Shown one piece after another: positions 59,240-64,000 of a DNA stretch of 64,000 bases. The notes under the pieces were generated by a model. The model was not told the DNA's origin, did no database searches, and saw only the letters and a program-made list of their open reading frames with translations. This DNA is from Candidatus Aenigmatarchaeota archaeon (lineage in GTDB: Archaea > Aenigmatarchaeota > Aenigmatarchaeia > CG10238-14 > SpSt-28). Positions within the stretch are counted from its first letter, which is position 1. Each line of letters opens with the position of its first letter. Where the stretch lies: positions 1 to 64,000 of the forward strand of contig JAVVFY010000003.1 of NCBI GenBank assembly GCA_032249395.1, given 5' to 3'. Made by a program: the position numbers and the translations under genes.

Positions 59240-59881
59240 TCAAAACTTCTCTTCTTCAATTTTTCTAAAGCTATACTTATATGCCAAAAAGAAAACCATT
59301 ATCATAGCAACTAATACCAAACCAAACTTAACATCTATTGGGCTAACTGTTGTTGTTATGGGTAATGGCACAATTTTAGAACTACCAACATTAAGGACTG
59401 ATGGTGCATAAAAGTTTATAACTCCACTACCAACTAAAGTAAAGGGATACACTCCACTTGTCACATTACAAGGAATTGAGGCAACTATTGCTATTGTTTT
59501 TGTTTCGTTAACATCTATGCTTATTTTTTCTGGATATCTTATCCATTTTGCTGCTTCTCCTATGACGCTCAAGCTAATATCTCCTTTTGTCCCTCCTATG
59601 TTACTTACAGAAGCAAATATAATATTGTCATTGCATGCTTTAACATCATAAATTTCTTTAATGTTAATAACTGGTACTTCTTTTTTAGTCAAACAAACTC
59701 CATACTTGCAACCATAAGGACAATAATCTAAAATTCTATAACCAACGCTTCCGTCTGATTCTCTCACTTTTACAATCACATAATTTCCTTCGCAAGTTTT
59801 TTCGATAATTTGAAAGCTATTCGCTAAAGCTACTTCAAACATTAGCAACGCTATCGCAATTAACAAAATTTTTTTGTTCAT
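59240..59881 (-). CDS. Hypothetical exported protein: Cys-rich motif, Ig-like domain and C-terminal TM
   Basis: Signal peptide; 'CPYGCKYGVC'; 'VSNIGG...IPCNVTSGVYPFTL'; TM followed by a basic tail. Confidence 0.7.
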   Translation of the reverse strand: MNKKILLIAIALLMFEVALANSFQIIEKTCEGNYVIVKVRESDGSVGYRILDYCPYGCKYGVCLTKKEVPVINIKEIYDVKACNDNIIFASVSNIGGTKGDISLSVIGEAAKWIRYPEKISIDVNETKTIAIVASIPCNVTSGVYPFTLVGSGVINFYAPSVLNVGSSKIVPLPITTTVSPIDVKFGLVLVAMIMVFFLAYKYSFRKIEEEKF

Positions 59882-59928
59882 GATTAATTATTGAAGCGAA
59901 AAGCTTAAATATCTTTACTAACTAGTGA

Positions 59929-61131
59929 CTAAGGAGTAAACCATTCTATTTCATAATATTTGTGTTCTGAACCAGGCAATTCTATTCTATTAGCCAAATA
60001 ATATGTTACGCTTGTTTCCCTATCGTTTATAGCAATTAGCAATCTTAGTCCAAGCTCGTCAGCTCTATCCAAAGCGCTAGCAAGCATCTTCCCGCTTAAA
60101 CTTTCATCTTCATTAAGAGAAATTATTAGAAAAGAAGGATCGTCTTTTTTTGGTTTCTCAACTTGATTCCCAGCTTTTCTGTGCCACGCAACAAAATCTA
60201 TCGGAGTTCTCTCTTTTAAATAGTCTTCCTTCTTCATTCCTGGAATTGCCATTATAAAAGTTTTTCTCACGCTATGAGCTACTCTAATTGCTCTTGACCA
60301 TTCGCTCATTGGCATGCTAATTTCTTTTGGAAACACGTGAATGACATGCTTAGAATGTTGCCATTCTTTTTTTGTTCCAACCGGCTTTGCTCCGGGAAAA
60401 TAAATTCTAAAATGAGTTCCAAATTTAAAACCAGTTTTCAAAATAAAACCTTTATCTCTCCAATCCTCGTAAACTTCTAGCATTCTAGATGCAAAAGGTA
60501 TCCTTTGTTCAACTTCTTTTAGTACCTCTTCGAAGCTCATTTTTTTGTTAGAAGATACATCTATCACTTCTACTCCCTTTTTTGAAAGATATAAAGTTTC
60601 AATAGCATCCAAAGTTAAACAATTCCCTCTTTCAATATTCTTATAAACACCCCATTGACCAAACCAGTAATCCTCAAAAAATTTTCTTGCTTCTCTTCCA
60701 AAAGCTAAAGAATAACATTCTTCTCTCATGAAAAATATCTGAAAATTTATTTGAAGGGAAATTTTATTTGAAGGATATTTTTTGATTGGACTCTTCCCAA
60801 AGTTTTTCATTGTAATCCTTTCAGGAAATGTTATAAAAAGTCCTCTATCTTTCCAATCTCTAAACACATTATACCTAACAAAGAAATGGTTAGAATAAAA
60901 TCTTTGAAAAATAGTTGAAAGAGAAACTTCCTTATTACCTTCAAAAACGCTAGCCTTTCTTATGTTAGCAAGGTAAAAAACTTCTATGGGATGTAAGTAG
61001 ATTTTATTTCCTTTCACCTCTCCAATAAAACTTTCCTCTAGTTCTTTGTTTTGAGAAAATGCTTTACCATCTTCAAAATAAATCCTTATCTCCTCTCTCT
61101 CAAACTTCATTTTATATCCCTTAATACGCAA
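59929..61131 (-). CDS. endA: tRNA-intron endonuclease, three-unit (epsilon2-like) architecture
   Basis: 400 aa. Two 'E..YL ... V(F/Y).DW.D(R/K)G' units; catalytic 'GFKFGTHFRIY...H...RVAHSVRK'; C-terminal beta unit 'LLIAINDRETSVTYY'. Confidence 0.9.
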   Translation of the reverse strand: MRIKGYKMKFEREEIRIYFEDGKAFSQNKELEESFIGEVKGNKIYLHPIEVFYLANIRKASVFEGNKEVSLSTIFQRFYSNHFFVRYNVFRDWKDRGLFITFPERITMKNFGKSPIKKYPSNKISLQINFQIFFMREECYSLAFGREARKFFEDYWFGQWGVYKNIERGNCLTLDAIETLYLSKKGVEVIDVSSNKKMSFEEVLKEVEQRIPFASRMLEVYEDWRDKGFILKTGFKFGTHFRIYFPGAKPVGTKKEWQHSKHVIHVFPKEISMPMSEWSRAIRVAHSVRKTFIMAIPGMKKEDYLKERTPIDFVAWHRKAGNQVEKPKKDDPSFLIISLNEDESLSGKMLASALDRADELGLRLLIAINDRETSVTYYLANRIELPGSEHKYYEIEWFTP

Positions 61132-61529
61132 TCTATTGGCATATCTATCATAATTTTACACAAAAGATCTATTGTTTGATTTAAAGTGGGGTTTTTTATT
61201 TCTCTAGAACCTTTTAAGCTCTCTATTTTTAAATAGTCTTCATTAGATTGATTTTCTACTAGATATACTTTATAGTTTATTGTTAAGTTATCTAGATAAG
61301 ACCTTATTTCACTATTTGGAGAAGTGTAGTTTAAATAAATTATAGTATAGCCTTGAGATATTGCCAAAATTCTTTGGTTTTCACTGAGAAAAGAAATTTT
61401 CCTTTCCTTAGGTAGTTCTTGATCTTTATTAGTTGGGGTATAATATCCTTGTATAAATGCATATGCAAAGCTAGATAGAACCATCACAAATATAAGTAAA
61501 TATCCTATTGTTTTCTTATCAACTTTCAT
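61107..61529 (-). CDS. Hypothetical membrane-anchored protein
   Basis: N-terminal TM; C-terminal Cys pair; overlaps the endA start. Confidence 0.65.
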   Translation of the reverse strand: MKVDKKTIGYLLIFVMVLSSFAYAFIQGYYTPTNKDQELPKERKISFLSENQRILAISQGYTIIYLNYTSPNSEIRSYLDNLTINYKVYLVENQSNEDYLKIESLKGSREIKNPTLNQTIDLLCKIMIDMPIDCVLRDIK

Positions 61530-61578
61530 AAAAGACTCTTTTTCAACAAAATTAAAAATTATAACTTCATCAATTTAT

Positions 61579-62520
61579 ATGGTATTAGAAAGTTTAGTTT
61601 CTATAAAAGAAGGAATAAGAAATCCTTGGAAAGTCTTCTACCTTTCTTCAGTAGTTTCTTTAGTTTCTTTTGTAATTTCTTTCATCATATTCAAGCAAGA
61701 TGTTGGGTTATATGCAGTAATACTAACTACATTGGGATTAACTCCATTCATGACAAAGCTAAATATTTATGAAGCAAAGAAAAGTGAAGTCAAAAGAAGT
61801 ATGGACATTGAAAATATGCTGTTTTACTACGCAAAAGATAAGGGTTCTATATTAAAATTAGCTATAATATCATTCTTACCATTTTTAATAGCAGCCTTTA
61901 TTCTAAATAATCTACAAAGCTTAATAATTTTGATATCTCTATACATTGGAATTTTCTTAATTTTTTCTCTAATTTTCTTCTCAATTTACAAAGAGATTAT
62001 AATTTCTTTTGTTGCAATTTTTGCTGGAATGGTTTTGACTTTTTCAATTCTTTACTTGCTATTGCCAGCGGAAATTGCAGAAAAAACTTTTAAAACACAA
62101 ATAGAAGAAATAAAGGCAATAAGAGGTTATTTTTCGTTTGGAGGAACCTTTCAGACAATATTCATTAACAACGTGGGTGTTTTATTTTTATCTTTTGTTT
62201 TTTCTTTCGTTTATGGATCTGGTGCAATACTAATACTTGCTTGGAATGCATCCATACTTGCGACAGCAGCAAGTATGATGACTAAAAGCTTAGGAGGAAG
62301 TTACACGCTCCCTATAGCTTTAGCATCATATTTACCGCATGGCAGTCTAGAAATTGTTGCCTATTTTCTTGCTGCTATGGCTGGAGGAATTATTTCTTAT
62401 CACTTAATGAAAGAGAAGGGAATAAAAACAGTTTTAGAAGATTGTTTATTCTTGCTTTCTCTTGGAGTTTTGTTCGTATTGTTAGGAGCTATAGTAGAAA
62501 CGGCTGCAATTTTAGGTTAG
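61579..62520 (+). CDS. SpoIIM-family (DUF95) membrane protein
   Basis: 'IFINNVGV', 'LAWNAS', 'LPHGSLEIVAY'; multiple TMs. Confidence 0.8.
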   Translation: MVLESLVSIKEGIRNPWKVFYLSSVVSLVSFVISFIIFKQDVGLYAVILTTLGLTPFMTKLNIYEAKKSEVKRSMDIENMLFYYAKDKGSILKLAIISFLPFLIAAFILNNLQSLIILISLYIGIFLIFSLIFFSIYKEIIISFVAIFAGMVLTFSILYLLLPAEIAEKTFKTQIEEIKAIRGYFSFGGTFQTIFINNVGVLFLSFVFSFVYGSGAILILAWNASILATAASMMTKSLGGSYTLPIALASYLPHGSLEIVAYFLAAMAGGIISYHLMKEKGIKTVLEDCLFLLSLGVLFVLLGAIVETAAILG

Positions 62521-64000
62521 ATTGAAAAATAAATAGCCGGCTTGAAAGGTTCTGCTTTTTTTGCTTTTTCTAATCCACTCCTTTCTTCAAAAGTAATTAT
62601 TATCTTTGCTCCAGCCTCTTTCTCCAAAATTTCCCTTGCCTCTTCTAAAAGCTTAACTTCTTCTTTCCTTGATAGAATTTTTAATGATTCCCTTTCTCTT
62701 TCAATCTTCTTATAGAACTTCGCAACCATTTCTTTTTCTTCTGGCCCAAAATTTTCTAGTAAGCTCTTTAATTCAACCTTTTCTCCTCTCACGATTTTTC
62801 TAACCAAATCAAATTTCCATTTGGCAGCAATTATTATATCTACTTCTTTTGGAGCTCCTCCAGCCAATTTCTTTACTTGCTTTATGTCTTCTATTAAAGA
62901 TTTTATGTATTCTTCACCTAAAATTGCTTTCTCATCAACTCTTTTAAACCTTGGTAAACCTTCTTGAAATACAAACTTCTTTCCACCGAGCATTCTCCAA
63001 AACTCCTCAGACAAATGTGGAATTAGAGGAGAAACCAATATTACAAATTTCTTTAAAACATCTTTCATTATCTTTCCGTTACCGTTTTTAATATCCCCTA
63101 CCCTTTTAAAATACCACTCTAAATCGTTTAAAAATTCGAAAAATAAAAGTTGAGTAGACGTTCTAAACTTAAGATTTTCGTAGGCGTTTATAACGTCTTT
63201 ACCTATTTTATTTATTTTGGCCAACAAAAATCTATCAACATTTCTATTTTTCTTAGATTTCATTCTTTTCAACGACTTAATGAGAGAAAATAAAAAATTC
63301 AGCCTCTCTAAAAATACCTTAACATTTTCTCCTCTCCAATCAGCGTCGCTTAATCCTTCAGCTGAAGAGATTATATTTATTCTTGTTAAATCGCTCCCGA
63401 ATTCCTCTAACAAACGAAATAGAGGAATTATGTTTCCTTTGCTTTTGCTCATTTTTTCTCCCGCAATATTAACAAAACCATTTACAGCTATTGCTTTAGG
63501 CCAATATTTTTTATTCCAAATTGCAGTATGATGAAAAAGATAAAATGTTAAATGATTCTGAACTAAATCTTTTGCGGATGACCTTAAATCTACAGGATAA
63601 AAGTATTCAAACTCTTCCCTCATCTTTTTCAAAAGACTTTCTTTAATTCCATATCTCTTAGCTATTTTATTACAATTACCTTTTCCTAAGAATATGAAAT
63701 CGAAGACTTCGTCACTCAATTTATCTGCTGGTATATTTTTCAAATGATGGAAAATTGTATAGAAAGCCATGTATATGGTTGAATCGCTTAAAGTTTCAAT
63801 AATCCATTCTTTATCCCATGGTAACTTTGTTCCTAATCCTGTTTTTCGGGCGCAAGCTTTGTTTTCTAACCAATCAACAGTATTTATAAATTGTTGTCTT
63901 ATTTCTTCTGGATAAAACTTCATCATATTTATGCATTCTTTAACTTTTTTCTTCCATTCCTCATCAGAAAATTTTAAGAACCATTGATTCTCTAGTATCT
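62517..64000 (-). CDS. leuS: Leucyl-tRNA synthetase, C-terminal part (continues off the right edge)
   Basis: The frame is open beyond 63926 (ILENQWFLKFSDEEWKK). Motifs 'GLGTKLPWD..WIIETLSDSTIYM', 'KDLVQNHL', KMSKS and C-terminal 'PFKPAIY'. Confidence 0.95.
   Translation of the reverse strand, partial: ILENQWFLKFSDEEWKKKVKECINMMKFYPEEIRQQFINTVDWLENKACARKTGLGTKLPWDKEWIIETLSDSTIYMAFYTIFHHLKNIPADKLSDEVFDFIFLGKGNCNKIAKRYGIKESLLKKMREEFEYFYPVDLRSSAKDLVQNHLTFYLFHHTAIWNKKYWPKAIAVNGFVNIAGEKMSKSKGNIIPLFRLLEEFGSDLTRINIISSAEGLSDADWRGENVKVFLERLNFLFSLIKSLKRMKSKKNRNVDRFLLAKINKIGKDVINAYENLKFRTSTQLLFFEFLNDLEWYFKRVGDIKNGNGKIMKDVLKKFVILVSPLIPHLSEEFWRMLGGKKFVFQEGLPRFKRVDEKAILGEEYIKSLIEDIKQVKKLAGGAPKEVDIIIAAKWKFDLVRKIVRGEKVELKSLLENFGPEEKEMVAKFYKKIERERESLKILSRKEEVKLLEEAREILEKEAGAKIIITFEERSGLEKAKKAEPFKPAIYFSI

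Noticed and set aside
1079..63531. Many short (60-155 aa) ORFs antisense to or nested within long genes
   Set aside because: They overlap well-supported genes, have no recognisable motifs, and their composition mirrors the sense strand.

Overview
AT-rich archaeal DNA. The compact gene packing, three-unit EndA, eS26, FEN-1 and K[GAS]Q-type N-termini suggest a DPANN lineage, possibly Aenigmarchaeota-like (inference). The left ~51 kb is one large cell-surface locus. Its core is a translationally coupled ~37-kb minus-strand operon: small Ig-like protein -> 11,434-aa giant surface protein -> coiled-coil protein -> MinD/ParA ATPase. The giant protein carries ~20 copies of a ~335-aa three-domain repeat arranged in a 3-unit super-repeat. 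It ends in a single TM helix followed by an apparently intact cytoplasmic HerA/FtsK-superfamily (DUF87-like) ATPase. Nearby are a 1,950-aa paralogue of the giant's membrane-proximal stalk, a putative pilin-like subunit with Ig-like accessory proteins, an HExxH membrane peptidase, a HEPN-MNT pair and four winged-helix (wHTH) proteins. Each wHTH gene or its operon sits next to its own repeated DNA motif; the most striking is a ~1.45-kb cloud of TGTCGA/TCGACA sites at the head of the giant operon. The right ~13 kb is mostly housekeeping: tRNA-Ile, tRNA-Gly, tRNA-Lys, tmk, DUF763, a free-standing LAGLIDADG gene, eS26, fen, Toprim, a methyltransferase, endA, a SpoIIM-like protein and partial leuS. 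All calls come from visual motif recognition; no searches were run.
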